Shown: positions 14,212 to 24,706 of the stretch, piece after piece
Layout of the letters: each line of letters opens with the position of its first letter
Numbering within the stretch: the stretch's first letter is position 1
DNA from: a virus
DNA length: 64,000 nucleotides
IMG/VR virus record: IMGVR_UViG_3300005573_000052
Reading direction: 5' to 3' (one strand)
Position numbers and translations under genes: made by a program
The notes under the pieces: model-generated
Seen by the model: the letters and a program-made list of their open reading frames with translations, nothing else
Database searches by the model: none
What the model was told of the DNA's origin: nothing

Positions 14212-15291
14212 ATGTCCAATCAGTTTGTTTTTAACGCGCCCCTCAACAACGTGAGTTTTGGTCAAACCTCAATCGCCATCCTCCGCGAGATGTATAAGCG
14301 CGGATTGATGCCTCAGATCATGCCCATCGGGCAAGTAGACCTATCGTCTCAAAAGCCGGATCAAGGGTTCAATGTCTGGCTCCAAAACTGCATCAATAGC
14401 GCGCCCCTGAAGCACTCGCGCAAGAACACGGCTTACAAGCTCTGGCACGTAATGCAATCAAACGAGACATACTCATCCCAAGACAGTCGCCTCATCACAT
14501 TCCAAGAAACGGGGCAGCTTACCCCGGTTGAAGTGAACCTGCTTAAGCAACAGGACAAGGTCTATGTGACCAACCGATATGCCCAAACGTTTTTCAGGAT
14601 GTATGGGATTGAAACGACGTATATGCCGCTCGGGTTTGACTCTCACAACTTCACCTCACTCCCGGTCCGTCCAAAAATTGAAGGAGTGACATCTTGGCTC
14701 TTGACATCAAAAGCGGAGCACCGCAAGCATACCTATCGTCAACTCGGGCTTTGGGCAAAGAAATATGGGAACAGGAAGGAACATAGGCTGAATGCGGCGA
14801 TGACCAATCCATTCCTGAAACCGGAAGACCAGCAAGCGTTGATTTCGCGGGCGTTGGACGGGAAGGCTTATTGGAACATCAATTGGCTGGATTTTGCGCC
14901 GACCAACGCGGAGTATTCGTGCACCCTCCAGTCGTCCGACATTATCCTGTGCTGTAGTGGAAGCGAGGGGTTTGGATTGCCAGAGTTCCATGCGACAGCA
15001 CTGGGCGCGTGGCCAGTGGCTCTCAAGGCTCACTCGTATCTCGATTTCTTCACCGACGAGAACGCAGTGCTGGTCAACCCCAACGGGATGGTTCCCGTCT
15101 ATGACGGAATCTTCTTCCGGGAAGACTCCCCAATTAACAAGGGTAACATTTTTTCGTTCGCTGATGAAGATTGGTATGCGGCGTGTGAGGAGGCGGAAAG
15201 ACGAGTTAAGTTGTTGGGAGTCAATAAGAAGGGTCTTGAACTTAAAAATTGGACATACGCTAAAGCTGTCGATATTTTGATGGAGAAATAA
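14212..15291 (+). CDS. Glycosyltransferase (GT-B, GT4-like)
   Basis: SFGQTS, MPLGFD, SGSEGFGLPEFHATALG motif. Confidence 0.85.
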   Translation: MSNQFVFNAPLNNVSFGQTSIAILREMYKRGLMPQIMPIGQVDLSSQKPDQGFNVWLQNCINSAPLKHSRKNTAYKLWHVMQSNETYSSQDSRLITFQETGQLTPVEVNLLKQQDKVYVTNRYAQTFFRMYGIETTYMPLGFDSHNFTSLPVRPKIEGVTSWLLTSKAEHRKHTYRQLGLWAKKYGNRKEHRLNAAMTNPFLKPEDQQALISRALDGKAYWNINWLDFAPTNAEYSCTLQSSDIILCCSGSEGFGLPEFHATALGAWPVALKAHSYLDFFTDENAVLVNPNGMVPVYDGIFFREDSPINKGNIFSFADEDWYAACEEAERRVKLLGVNKKGLELKNWTYAKAVDILMEK

Positions 15292-15335
15292 AACCCATTG
15301 AGAATGGGTGTATATAGGTGAAACCCCACCTCTCC

Positions 15336-16388
15336 ATGAAAAGGAAAATACAAAAAGAATGGCATGAAGAAATCTGCCAAAAACGGCGAAGCGGCCAGAC
15401 CGTAAAGTCTTTGGCAAAAGAATATAATGTTAGCGAAACAGCCATCGGAAGAACGCTTAGGGCGAATGGGGTAAAAATAGCACCGCGATATTTTCGCAAA
15501 CATTGGTTTGATTTCCGTTTTTTTGATGAGATCGACTCCGAAGAAAAATCTTACATTTTGGGCTTTTTATATGCAGACGGCTCCAATTGTCCTAAAAATG
15601 GTAAGGTTACTTTAGAACTTCAGGATGCTGATAAGGAAATTTTAGAAAAAATTGCAACGGCAATAGGTTTCAGCGGAAAGTTATTTCCTTTAACCCCAAG
15701 ATGCAAAGGGAAGGTTTATCCTTCATGCCGACTTTCACTAAATAGTCGAATATTTTCAGATCGTTGTTCTGAACTCGGAGTTGTTTATGACAAATCCTTT
15801 AAGATTCAGATGCCTTCAGAAACAATTGTTCCTCCCTCTCTTCTTCCCCATTTTATCCGGGGCTATTTTGACGGAGATGGGAGCTTTTCTTTTCGACCAG
15901 AAAAGAGTCGCTTTGCAACGATAAATTTTATTGGGAACCCCTTGTTTATCGACCAATTACAACAATATTTTGTATCTGCTCTCAGCATCAAAGGGTCCAC
16001 CCATCCTCATAAAAACCAAAAATCGAAATATCTAGGTATCTCTGGTAACCTTCAGATAGAAAGGGTTTTGGAACATTTGTATCAAAATGCCACCATTTAT
16101 CTTAAACGGAAACACGATAAGTATATTATCTTTAAGGGGTTGCGTAGAACTTTCTCTCGTAAGGCCGGATGCTCATCTCGGTTTTTTGGTGTTTCTAAAA
16201 CTGAAGACAAAACATGGAAAGCTGGGGTAAATTTTGGAGGCAAACAGCACTATCTGGGAGCCTTTAAGACAGAGGAGGAGGCGGCACGGGTTTACGATAA
16301 ATGGTGTAGAGAACGAGGTCACAATCTTCAGTTGTTGAATTTTCCTAAGTCCGAGGCGGTAGACATACTGCTTGCTGGGGTAGGGTAA
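15336..16388 (+). CDS. LAGLIDADG homing endonuclease with AP2 domain
   Basis: YILGFLYADGS, FIRGYFDGDGS; C-terminal YLGAFKTEEEAARVYD; AT-rich; GGTGTATA at 15307. Confidence 0.9.
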   Translation: MKRKIQKEWHEEICQKRRSGQTVKSLAKEYNVSETAIGRTLRANGVKIAPRYFRKHWFDFRFFDEIDSEEKSYILGFLYADGSNCPKNGKVTLELQDADKEILEKIATAIGFSGKLFPLTPRCKGKVYPSCRLSLNSRIFSDRCSELGVVYDKSFKIQMPSETIVPPSLLPHFIRGYFDGDGSFSFRPEKSRFATINFIGNPLFIDQLQQYFVSALSIKGSTHPHKNQKSKYLGISGNLQIERVLEHLYQNATIYLKRKHDKYIIFKGLRRTFSRKAGCSSRFFGVSKTEDKTWKAGVNFGGKQHYLGAFKTEEEAARVYDKWCRERGHNLQLLNFPKSEAVDILLAGVG

Positions 16389-16415
16389 AAATGGCCCGAT
16401 TATCGCCCCAAAAAC

Positions 16416-16457
<42 letters not shown>

Positions 16458-16534
16458 AGTAGAGGAGACGTGTGTTTGTTGGTGTATCAGGTGATGATAT
16501 CACCTCAAGCCTTCCTCCTTAACCCACTCCCATC

Positions 16535-16918
16535 ATGGCCATTATCAACCCCGTCGCCCAGACGCCCTTCGGTGCGGCCCTCACCAATGTTGCGCTTTCC
16601 TCCCTCAGTGTCCAATACATGCAGGACAACTGCGTGGTCCAGACCCTCGGGGCTACGGGGGTCGATGATGGGTATGCTGGCATTTACACGTTCTCCGGGG
16701 CCTGTGCGGTTGCGGCGGACGGGTTCAACGTGCTGGTTACACCGACCACGGGCCGGTGGATTAACTGTGCGACGCGCACCCCGGCAAGCGTCAATTTGAC
16801 TGGGGACGTAACGGGCGCAGGAGGCACTACGGTTATCGTGGCTCCGAACGGGTTGCCCGTGACAGCCATATCTAAGAAAGCCACTGATGCCACGGCCTGC
16901 CCATCACCCTCTACGTGA
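16535..16918 (+). CDS. Tailspike head-binding-like small structural protein (N part)
   Basis: DDGYAGIYTF...ADGFNVLV...GRW resembles tailspike N-terminal motifs. Confidence 0.5.
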   Translation: MAIINPVAQTPFGAALTNVALSSLSVQYMQDNCVVQTLGATGVDDGYAGIYTFSGACAVAADGFNVLVTPTTGRWINCATRTPASVNLTGDVTGAGGTTVIVAPNGLPVTAISKKATDATACPSPST

Positions 16919-17298
16919 AAGACGTGCCCGTGCTGACGAGCGGTGCGCCTGCGGACATTGCGACGATTGCGGTGCCTGCGGGGATTACGCGGTGGATGAT
17001 TCAAAGCTCTTTTGATATTGCATCAAACCCAAGGGCCATTGGATGTTCTGCCGTAGTAGAAAGCGCAGTAGGCACGCTGGCCTCCGGGATTTTCCGGGTG
17101 AACACAGCGGATGCTGGAGGGGGGATGACCCTCATTATCATAGAAAATCGGCTGACCACGGCGGGGAGCATAGCTGTTTTCGAGATGGGAGACGAAGTAG
17201 ATATGTCAACGAACACGACTCTTTACCTCCATCAATCAACAGCCTCCGCCAACGCAGGCACCGTTTCATTCTACTTGACAATATATCCCCTCCCTTAA
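16915..17298 (+). CDS. Beta-rich hypothetical protein (possibly the frameshifted continuation of the previous ORF)
   Basis: Frame stays open upstream as GLPITLYV. Confidence 0.55.
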   Translation: MKDVPVLTSGAPADIATIAVPAGITRWMIQSSFDIASNPRAIGCSAVVESAVGTLASGIFRVNTADAGGGMTLIIIENRLTTAGSIAVFEMGDEVDMSTNTTLYLHQSTASANAGTVSFYLTIYPLP

Positions 17299-17816
17299 AT
17301 GTGTTTCCAGTGATTCCTTAGGACGATATCTCTGACACATCCACACCCAACCCCGAACTGTCGGGATATAGCCGGTCGGGAGACTCCAGACGAGCGAAGC
17401 CTCCTAATCTCTAAAACGTCAGAATCGGTCAGCTTCGCGTTGTGGTGGCTCATCCCCTTCCTTCCCGTCTTCAGTCCAGTCCTGAACGCGTGATTATGGT
17501 TTTCACTGACCGAAACCCACTCAAGATTTTCACTTCGATTGTCCGATTTTATGCCGTTTTTATGGTTAACCTGAGGTTTGTTGTCGGGGTTAGGAACGAA
17601 CGCTATAGCCACTAGTCTATGGACGAGAAAACTTTTCGCGACTCCATCTCGTTGAAGGGTCGTCCCGGGATATAGGCCCGGGAGAACGGCAATTCTCATT
17701 ATGTGAATTTTCGGCTTGGTTCTCCGAGAATTCATCAAGGAACGCACTCGTCCTAGATTACTGATCTCGTAGAGGTTCTCAAAGCCTAGAATTGGTTTCC
17801 ATTGTTCATTGTCCAT
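17295..17816 (-). CDS. NUMOD4-HNH homing endonuclease
   Basis: EQWKPILGFENLYEISNLGRVRS; VHRLVA...VNHKNGIKSDNRSENLEW. Confidence 0.92.
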   Translation of the reverse strand: MDNEQWKPILGFENLYEISNLGRVRSLMNSRRTKPKIHIMRIAVLPGLYPGTTLQRDGVAKSFLVHRLVAIAFVPNPDNKPQVNHKNGIKSDNRSENLEWVSVSENHNHAFRTGLKTGRKGMSHHNAKLTDSDVLEIRRLRSSGVSRPAISRQFGVGCGCVRDIVLRNHWKHI

Positions 17817-17944
17817 ACCTTCTTATAGCCATAAGAGATAAAAGTGTCAAGTCCATTCTATTTACCCGCTGCCTTAAGCCGTGGGAGCGAGACAGGTAAT
17901 CCAACAATCGGTTCGGGTGTATAGAAGAGACACGCAGTCCACCC

Positions 17945-18541
17945 ATGCCCTCACCGTCCTCCCTATCACTCCCGTCCAGCTCGACCAAGTGCCCATGGTG
18001 CGGGCTGCTCACCGCCGGGCGAGACGCAGCGCGAAAGGACAACTGGTGTGATAACGGGCATCATTATTCAGACCTATCGGCGCTGATAGCCTCGATTAGC
18101 ACCGTTGACTCCTCCGCTCCCACCTCCGCGAAGGAACCCCGTGACTCAACCATCAAGGAGAGGAATAAAACAGCTAGCAATCCGCCCGCTGACCAGTATC
18201 CCAACCCGAGTGGGGGTGGGCCAGCTAGCTCGCCCAATCCTGACAACCCGACTGTCCAGAACATCCCCATCGACACGACGTATGTCGGTAGTCCACCCGA
18301 TTACTCAACCCAGCAGTGGTTCATGGGCAAGCGTTCTGATACCACGGCATGGGTGCTGGATTGCGACGAGAAGACTGGGTTTGCCAAATGGCCGCTCTCG
18401 TTCAAGGTCATCGAGCACGATTTCACCCGTCCGAACAAGCCATTGAACCGGGGGCAGGAGTCCAAGACTACGCCCAATGCCGCGCCGGACAAAGGTGGTG
18501 AGACCTCTCCTCCGTCCATCGGCCCGGTTGGTGCTGCCTAG
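17945..18541 (+). CDS. Hypothetical Pro/Ser-rich protein
   Basis: GGTGTATA at 17916; CPWC motif. Confidence 0.55.
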   Translation: MPSPSSLSLPSSSTKCPWCGLLTAGRDAARKDNWCDNGHHYSDLSALIASISTVDSSAPTSAKEPRDSTIKERNKTASNPPADQYPNPSGGGPASSPNPDNPTVQNIPIDTTYVGSPPDYSTQQWFMGKRSDTTAWVLDCDEKTGFAKWPLSFKVIEHDFTRPNKPLNRGQESKTTPNAAPDKGGETSPPSIGPVGAA

Positions 18542-18608
18542 CCGCCCGCCGCCCGGTTCGCGCGGACGAGTTGACAGATCATCCTCACGTAGCCTACAAT
18601 ACCCTATC

Positions 18609-19016
18609 ATGCCCCTTTACGCCTTTGAACATGCCAAGACCGGCGAAGTGCGAGAAATCGTATTTCACATGAACGAGGACAAGACTTACAATGGGGAGGA
18701 TGGAAAGGAGAAGGGGCTATGGAAGCGGGTGTGGTTGAAGCCGCAGATGGCGGTGGACGCAAAACCGGTGGACCCGTTCTCGCCCAAGGATTTCGTCAAG
18801 GCCACCAACAAGAAGGGTTCGCTAGGAGACCTCTGGGACCGTTCAGCCGAGCTGTCGGCCCAACGCGAGGAGAAACTGGGTGAAGACCCGGTGAAAAAGA
18901 AGTTCTACAAGCAATACTCAGCGAAGCGCAAAGGGACAAAGCACCCGCAGGAGGCGCGCGAGAACGTGACCAAAAAAATGAAGGGGATTGGGCTGACTGC
19001 CAAGTGGGACGACTAG
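18609..19016 (+). CDS. FmdB-like small regulatory protein
   Basis: MPLYAF start typical of FmdB-like ribbons (Cys ligands not evident); promoter TTGACA-N18-TACAAT at 18571. Confidence 0.6.
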   Translation: MPLYAFEHAKTGEVREIVFHMNEDKTYNGEDGKEKGLWKRVWLKPQMAVDAKPVDPFSPKDFVKATNKKGSLGDLWDRSAELSAQREEKLGEDPVKKKFYKQYSAKRKGTKHPQEARENVTKKMKGIGLTAKWDD

Positions 19017-19231
19017 AATCCATCCGCCCCGCTCGCCCGCATTCCGGCAATCCAGTTAGCCCGTTCCGTGGTCAGCCAGACCCACTTGGCCCGCGCATAA
19101 CCCACATCATAACCCACTTTCTCTGATTCCAGCCACTTAACCCGCGCAATCTGTTCCTGCTCAGCTAGATGCCGAGAAAATAGTGAGGAATGCTCGATGG
19201 GAAAAGCGCCGGTTAGAGAGGTATCGCTCAT
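19013..19231 (-). CDS. Small protein with KWLESEKxGxDxG motif
   Basis: VKWLESEKVGYDVGYARAKWVW resembles, from recall, a small-protein family in Verrucomicrobia. Confidence 0.55.
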   Translation of the reverse strand: MSDTSLTGAFPIEHSSLFSRHLAEQEQIARVKWLESEKVGYDVGYARAKWVWLTTERANWIAGMRASGADGF

Positions 19232-19321
19232 TTGGGAGTTGACAGTTGGACCCCAACTGGGCTATCATACACCTGTCAGTCACTTCACCCATACCCAACA
19301 ACACCCAACCCATACATCACC

Positions 19322-19996
19322 ATGGCATTCGGCAAAGGCTCAGGCTCCAACTTCCCTCCGGGAACCAAAGTATATTACGTCAAGATTCGCTCCAAGGACC
19401 TCCCGGCTCCCATTTTTGAAGTCGCTCAAAAGGGCGAAGATGGCAAACCGGTTATTGTTGACCCCGCCGCGACCCGTGTCAGCGGTAACATCATCGGTGT
19501 CAACCACAAGGAATTCACCAACCCGAAGAATAAGGAGGTCATCAAGTCTGTCACCGTGATGATTCAAGATGGCAACGAGGCCTACTACGTAGGCGTGCCC
19601 TACTCGTATCTTGGTCGCGGGATCATGAATAGCATTCTGGCCTTGACCAAATTTGGTGGGGTAGAAATGTCGCTCTACCAGAGCAAGCCGAAACCCGATT
19701 CCGTCAACAAGACGGGCTTCGCCTCCTGTGCGCTCCGCCAAAACGGTGAGTTGGTCTATGGCCGATTCAAGAAGGAAGACTTGCCCGAGATCAAGAAGGT
19801 TAAGGTTGGCGATAAGACCTTCTCGGACGATGCGGAAATCAACGCCTTCTTCAAGGCCCACATCGAGGAACTGAACAAGGTTATCAAGGCCAAAACGCCC
19901 GAGGTTAGTGGCGAGCTGACGCATACCGAACCCGTTTCGGGCGGCGCAACCAATTTTGTTACGGGGGAGGACCTTGACAGCGATGTTCCTTTTTGA
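19322..19996 (+). CDS. Putative single-stranded DNA-binding protein
   Basis: Acidic C-terminal tail ending DLDSDVPF. Confidence 0.6.
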   Translation: MAFGKGSGSNFPPGTKVYYVKIRSKDLPAPIFEVAQKGEDGKPVIVDPAATRVSGNIIGVNHKEFTNPKNKEVIKSVTVMIQDGNEAYYVGVPYSYLGRGIMNSILALTKFGGVEMSLYQSKPKPDSVNKTGFASCALRQNGELVYGRFKKEDLPEIKKVKVGDKTFSDDAEINAFFKAHIEELNKVIKAKTPEVSGELTHTEPVSGGATNFVTGEDLDSDVPF

Positions 19997-20430
19997 TGTC
20001 CGAGAGTAAGATTTGCAGGCGTTGTGCTCAGTCAAAGTCTTTGAGTGAGTTCTATCCTCACTCAAAGATGAAGGATGGACATCTAAATATCTGCAAGTCC
20101 TGCACAAAAGCAAGGGTTTCTGCTCATAGAGCAGCTAACGTAGACAAGATAAGAAATTATGATAGAAAAAGATATCAAGAGTCTGCGCGAAAAGAAAAAG
20201 CTGCCACAAGAGCCAAACAGTTTAGGGTTGATTTCCCTCAGAAATATAAAGCTCACATGGCAGTGGGAAACGCAGTCCGAGACGGAAGGTTAGAAAAGAA
20301 ACCCTGCGAACGGTGTGGAAGAGAAGATTCTCACGGTCATCATCATGATTACGGTCGTCCTTTAGACGTGGTTTGGCTTTGCCCCGTTTGTCACGCCAAG
20401 GAGCACAAACGAATAAAAGACTCCCACTAG
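19993..20430 (+). CDS. Zn-finger HNH-like endonuclease
   Basis: CRRC...SEFY...CKSC; CERC...HHHDYGRPLDVVWLCPVCH. Confidence 0.75.
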   Translation: MMSESKICRRCAQSKSLSEFYPHSKMKDGHLNICKSCTKARVSAHRAANVDKIRNYDRKRYQESARKEKAATRAKQFRVDFPQKYKAHMAVGNAVRDGRLEKKPCERCGREDSHGHHHDYGRPLDVVWLCPVCHAKEHKRIKDSH

Positions 20431-20528
20431 GCACTTACCCCAAGGGGCCGGAGCAATCCGGTCCCTTTTTTGTGCGCGCGAGTTGACAGTGAGGGGCTTG
20501 GGTGGATATGATAGGGGATATCCCATCC

Positions 20529-22511
20529 ATGTCTCGCCATCGTATCCTGCTCCAGACCAACCCTTGCTTTTTGCGCACAGGTTTAGCCGAGAACGCCAAG
20601 ACCCTCCTCCGTTACCTCTACTCCCGGCCCGATCTCTACGAGATAGCTCACTACTGCACGCAGGGCACCGTAACCAACGACCCACGCCTAAACCTCACCC
20701 CGTGGAAATCGTTTGGATGCATTCCGCCCGACCAAGAAATCATCAACCGTATCAACTCGGACCCCGGGTTTGCGCGCAACGCCACGTATGGCTCGGTCAA
20801 CATTGACAACGTGGTCAAGGAGTGGAAGCCGACCATCTGGATTGGGTCGGACGACGTGTGGAGTCATCCGCTTTCCGATTACGCCGAGAAGCCATGGTTC
20901 CAGCGCATCAACTCCATCCACCATTCCACGATTGATTCTGTTCCAGTGCTGGATCAAGCCTTTGAACAGGCCAAGAAGTCCAAGGTCTATCTGACGTGGG
21001 CCAAGTTCGCGGCGAAAGAGATGCGCCGGGTGGGCGGCGCGACGATGAACCACGTCTCGTCCATCTACGGCGCGATGGATACCAAGCTGTTCAGTCCGGT
21101 CTCCGAACAGGAGCGGCAAGCCTTTCGCGCGCGCTTCAATATCAGCCCCGATACCTTCGTCTTCCTATTCGTGTCCCGCAACCAGTTGCGCAAGCAGTTC
21201 CCGCGCTGTCTGGAGGCGTTCGCCATGTTCAAGCGCGACAACCCCGGCGTCAAGGCCAAGCTGCACTTTCACACCTCGTTCTCCGAGAAGGGCATGGGCT
21301 GGGACATCGAAAAGCTGGCGAAGTATCACGGTATCAAGACAGAGGACATCCTGTGCACCTACGTGTGCAAGGCGTGCGGTGCGTGGCTTATCGCCCCCTA
21401 TACCGGCGAAGATATCAACTGCCCGGTATGTCACGCCGAAAAAAGCATGGTGACCGCCAGCATCGTCCACGGCGTGCCGGGCGACCAGATGAGACTCGTC
21501 TATGGGGTTGCGGATGCGTGCCTGAGCATCTTCACCTCGGGCGGACAGGAATACCATAACGTCCAGTCGCTGCTCTGCGGCAAGCCCGTCGCTATCACCA
21601 ACTATTCATGTGGCGAGGATTTCTGCACCGACGAAACCGGCCCCTTCGTCTACCCCATCCGGTGGAAACCGTATGACGAGGCGGGGACGAATTTCACCAA
21701 GGCCGCGAGCGATGCGACTGAAATCGCCCGTTTCATGCGCAAGGTGGTCAATACGTCGAAGCGTGACTTGGCAGCATCGGCGGAAAAGGGGCGCGACTGG
21801 GCGGTGCGTAATTTCAGTATCGAGACCATCGGGGCGCAGTGGGATAAGCTGTTTGCGTCGTTGCCCTCCAATCTGGACTGGAGCACCGTGGACCTGACCA
21901 AGGCCGCGCCCAAGAACCCGGATTATCGCCCCGCAGCGGAAATCACGGACGACGGGAGCTGGCTGAAGGACATCTATCAGGGCATTCTGAATATGGCGGT
22001 GTCGGACCGGGATGAGGGATTATTGCACTGGCTGGAGCGACGACGGGCGGGTATCACCCGGGAGCAGATTCTCGCGTTTTTCGTCCAGACGGCCCAGCAG
22101 GAGAACCAGAAGAATGGGCATAGCACGGCGGGCGCGCCGACTGACTTTGGCGCGTTGCTGGACAATACGGGCAGGAAGCGAGGGCTAATCGTCATCAAGG
22201 AGAGCGTGGGCGACATCTGCATGGTCACATCCCTGTTCCCCTCATTCCACCGCCAGCATCCTGACACGGACCTGTATGTCATGGTGGGCCCCAAATATGC
22301 CGAGTTGCTGGCGGGCAATGAGCATGTCCACAAGGTGCTGCCCTACATCCCGGCGGGCGAATTGGAGTTGGCGATGATTGGACAGGGGACGGGGCGGGCT
22401 CTGTTCGATTGTTTTTATCACCCGGCTATCACCGCTCAACGCCACCTTGGCTACCTCAGTTCGCCCGAGCCCGAGTTCGACGTGAAAGACAAGACGGAGA
22501 CCCAATCATGA
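20529..22511 (+). CDS. Glycosyltransferase, GT4-like with C-terminal GT9-like domain
   Basis: FLFVSRNQLRK, TSGGQEY, SLLCGKP; C-terminal SVGDICMVTSL...NEHVHKV; promoter at 20483-20512. Confidence 0.85.
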   Translation: MSRHRILLQTNPCFLRTGLAENAKTLLRYLYSRPDLYEIAHYCTQGTVTNDPRLNLTPWKSFGCIPPDQEIINRINSDPGFARNATYGSVNIDNVVKEWKPTIWIGSDDVWSHPLSDYAEKPWFQRINSIHHSTIDSVPVLDQAFEQAKKSKVYLTWAKFAAKEMRRVGGATMNHVSSIYGAMDTKLFSPVSEQERQAFRARFNISPDTFVFLFVSRNQLRKQFPRCLEAFAMFKRDNPGVKAKLHFHTSFSEKGMGWDIEKLAKYHGIKTEDILCTYVCKACGAWLIAPYTGEDINCPVCHAEKSMVTASIVHGVPGDQMRLVYGVADACLSIFTSGGQEYHNVQSLLCGKPVAITNYSCGEDFCTDETGPFVYPIRWKPYDEAGTNFTKAASDATEIARFMRKVVNTSKRDLAASAEKGRDWAVRNFSIETIGAQWDKLFASLPSNLDWSTVDLTKAAPKNPDYRPAAEITDDGSWLKDIYQGILNMAVSDRDEGLLHWLERRRAGITREQILAFFVQTAQQENQKNGHSTAGAPTDFGALLDNTGRKRGLIVIKESVGDICMVTSLFPSFHRQHPDTDLYVMVGPKYAELLAGNEHVHKVLPYIPAGELELAMIGQGTGRALFDCFYHPAITAQRHLGYLSSPEPEFDVKDKTETQS

Positions 22512-23782
22512 CCAAGCTAGTATCCCAATATGCCAAGGCTACAGGCCTGACGGTGTCGAAGCCAAACATCAAGGAGCAGTTCTATCCCATAGCGTTTGAC
22601 CGGTATGTCACGTTGCAGACGGGCGCGGGTCAGGACCCCAAAAAATACAGCTACTATCAGGAAGTTATCGCGCTGGTCAAGCCCATCCTCGACGCCAACC
22701 ATATCATCATCCTGCATCTCGGCGGCAAGGACGACCCGCAGGTCAACGGCGTGCATGATTTGCGCGGCAAGACCACCTTCCTGCAAGCCAACTATCTCAT
22801 CAAGCGCGCGGTCGCCCATATGGGCAACGATAGCTGGCTGATGCACTGCGCGGGCTGGCACTTCAAGCCACTGATAGGCCTGTTCGGCTCCACCCACCCG
22901 GATCAACACGGCCCCTATTGGTGCGACCCGGCCAACACGGTGCTGCTTCAGTCCCACCGCTGGGGTGGAAAACCGACTTACAGTGCGGGCGAGAATCCGA
23001 AGAGCATCGACACCATTCCGCCCGAACAGGTGGCTAACGCCCTCCTGCGCCTCCTCGGCATTAAGGACCAGTTTGCCTACCAGACCCGGTTCATCGGCCT
23101 GCTCTACACTGCCACGGTCATTGACCTCATCCCCGACTCCTTCCCGAACGCCGAGTTCTTGCCGGGCGCGCCGCTCAACGTCCGCATGGACTATTTGCAC
23201 AACGAGCAGGTGCTGGCTGACCTGCTGGCAACGGGCCGTAGGGTTAACATCTTCACCAAGGCCCCGATGGACATCAACTTGCTGAACAACCATCGGGGTC
23301 AGGTGCTGTCCTACAACCATGAGCTGGACGCGGGCACAGACGAGGCCAAGCTGCCCACCCTGCAATACGTGGACTTGATTCGCGCTGTGTGCCCGCACTA
23401 CGCCTTCTTCACGCGCGAGCAGGACGCGGCGAAGGTCAGTGCCCTGCGCTTCCGCTACTTTGACCACGTCACGGTCGAGCAGGTCAAGGACTTGACCAAG
23501 GAGGAATATCTGGGAGCGGCGATGGCCTATCTGAACTGGAAGGGCGAAGAGAAAAGGCTTGACTTGGGTAGGGAAGTGGCGCAGACTGGCGGGGTGCTCC
23601 GGTTCAAGACCAACAAGTTCATTTTAGCGGGTGGTTCGGCCTACCTCTCATACGCTCATCTCGCCGCCAAACAACCCACTCAGTCGCTTCAGGCGAACGA
23701 GGGGGAGGTAATTGACACTCCAGACCTGTGGAGAGATATCAATCACATGATGGTAACTTGGACTCCGGGCACACCCTCTTAA
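22508..23782 (+). CDS. GT9/heptosyltransferase-like glycosyltransferase
   Basis: DLRGKTTFLQANYLIKRAVAHMGNDSWLMHCA...PLIGLFG. Confidence 0.8.
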   Translation: MTKLVSQYAKATGLTVSKPNIKEQFYPIAFDRYVTLQTGAGQDPKKYSYYQEVIALVKPILDANHIIILHLGGKDDPQVNGVHDLRGKTTFLQANYLIKRAVAHMGNDSWLMHCAGWHFKPLIGLFGSTHPDQHGPYWCDPANTVLLQSHRWGGKPTYSAGENPKSIDTIPPEQVANALLRLLGIKDQFAYQTRFIGLLYTATVIDLIPDSFPNAEFLPGAPLNVRMDYLHNEQVLADLLATGRRVNIFTKAPMDINLLNNHRGQVLSYNHELDAGTDEAKLPTLQYVDLIRAVCPHYAFFTREQDAAKVSALRFRYFDHVTVEQVKDLTKEEYLGAAMAYLNWKGEEKRLDLGREVAQTGGVLRFKTNKFILAGGSAYLSYAHLAAKQPTQSLQANEGEVIDTPDLWRDINHMMVTWTPGTPS

Positions 23783-23788
23783 CTTCCT

Positions 23789-24616
23789 ATGTCAACCCCT
23801 CCTGACTCCCCCGCTCCTCTCTCCCGCGCCTTTGAGCGCGACGCCCGCGGCCTCATCAAGGGCGTGGATTACTTCTATACCCCCGAAGGTCTGGTGGACT
23901 ATCGCCGTATGGTCTCGCCACGCTTCCTCTATGTCGCCCGTGAACACGAGGCCAAGGTGATTCAGCAGCAAAACAAGCCGTTGGCTGAGATTGACCTGCT
24001 GGCTGTGCGCGACGAATGGCTGCGCATCAGGATCGGCGGTATCAACCAACTCGCCCAACTGCGCGGGTATACGGACCTGAATTACTCCCAGTTCCAGACT
24101 CGCGAGGGATTCGCGGCGGTCGTGTGCTCGATGACGTTCATCGGCAACTACGAGACCAGCCATCAACCATTCACCTGCTCAGCCATCGCCAGCGCCACGA
24201 TGCGTTCCGTGGACCGCAATTTCACCCCCTATCTTGAGACGTTTGCCGAAAACCGGGCGTTCAGTCGATGCGTGAAGCGGGCACTCCAACTCAACATCCT
24301 CGCCGATATTGAGATTGGTGGAGATGGGCGGGATGCGGCCAAGGATAACGGTTCGGACGCTGAGGTTCATGAGGCAGTCATTGGCACGGCCCCGGGCGGC
24401 TTTGAGCCCAAGGACGAGCTGGCTCGCCTCTGCGCGGCGCAGAAGACCCCCATCACGTTTGAGGCCCTGAAGACCGGCGCGCTGAAATACGTGGCGGAAC
24501 TGAAGTCCAACCCGGCGGAATGGACGGGGTTTGATTCCATCCAGCCCATTGATGCCTACGTGCTCATCAACAAGATTCGTGACGGGGCGAACAAGGTCAA
24601 GGCAGGGCAACGGTAA
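23789..24616 (+). CDS. Conserved phage protein (possibly ssDNA-annealing)
   Basis: GGINQLAQLRG...AENRAFSRCVKRAL; function is a guess. Confidence 0.6.
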   Translation: MSTPPDSPAPLSRAFERDARGLIKGVDYFYTPEGLVDYRRMVSPRFLYVAREHEAKVIQQQNKPLAEIDLLAVRDEWLRIRIGGINQLAQLRGYTDLNYSQFQTREGFAAVVCSMTFIGNYETSHQPFTCSAIASATMRSVDRNFTPYLETFAENRAFSRCVKRALQLNILADIEIGGDGRDAAKDNGSDAEVHEAVIGTAPGGFEPKDELARLCAAQKTPITFEALKTGALKYVAELKSNPAEWTGFDSIQPIDAYVLINKIRDGANKVKAGQR

Positions 24617-24706
24617 CGAAAAAGGTTAGCCATGACGGGCTCTCCCTCAACTCCCGCCGATTCAACGGCCCCGTGTGCCGGCCTCGGCTCTGAGCGATTG
24701 TTAGCC
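24611..24706. mobile_element. attC-like site a
   Basis: CGGTAAC...GTTAGCC imperfect palindrome that includes the upstream stop codon. Confidence 0.55.

Noticed and set aside
19340-20113. Long antisense ORFs here and at 22517, 26670, 56262, 56983 (same issue), 57944, 60570 and 61539
   Set aside because: Shadow frames of GC3-rich genes.
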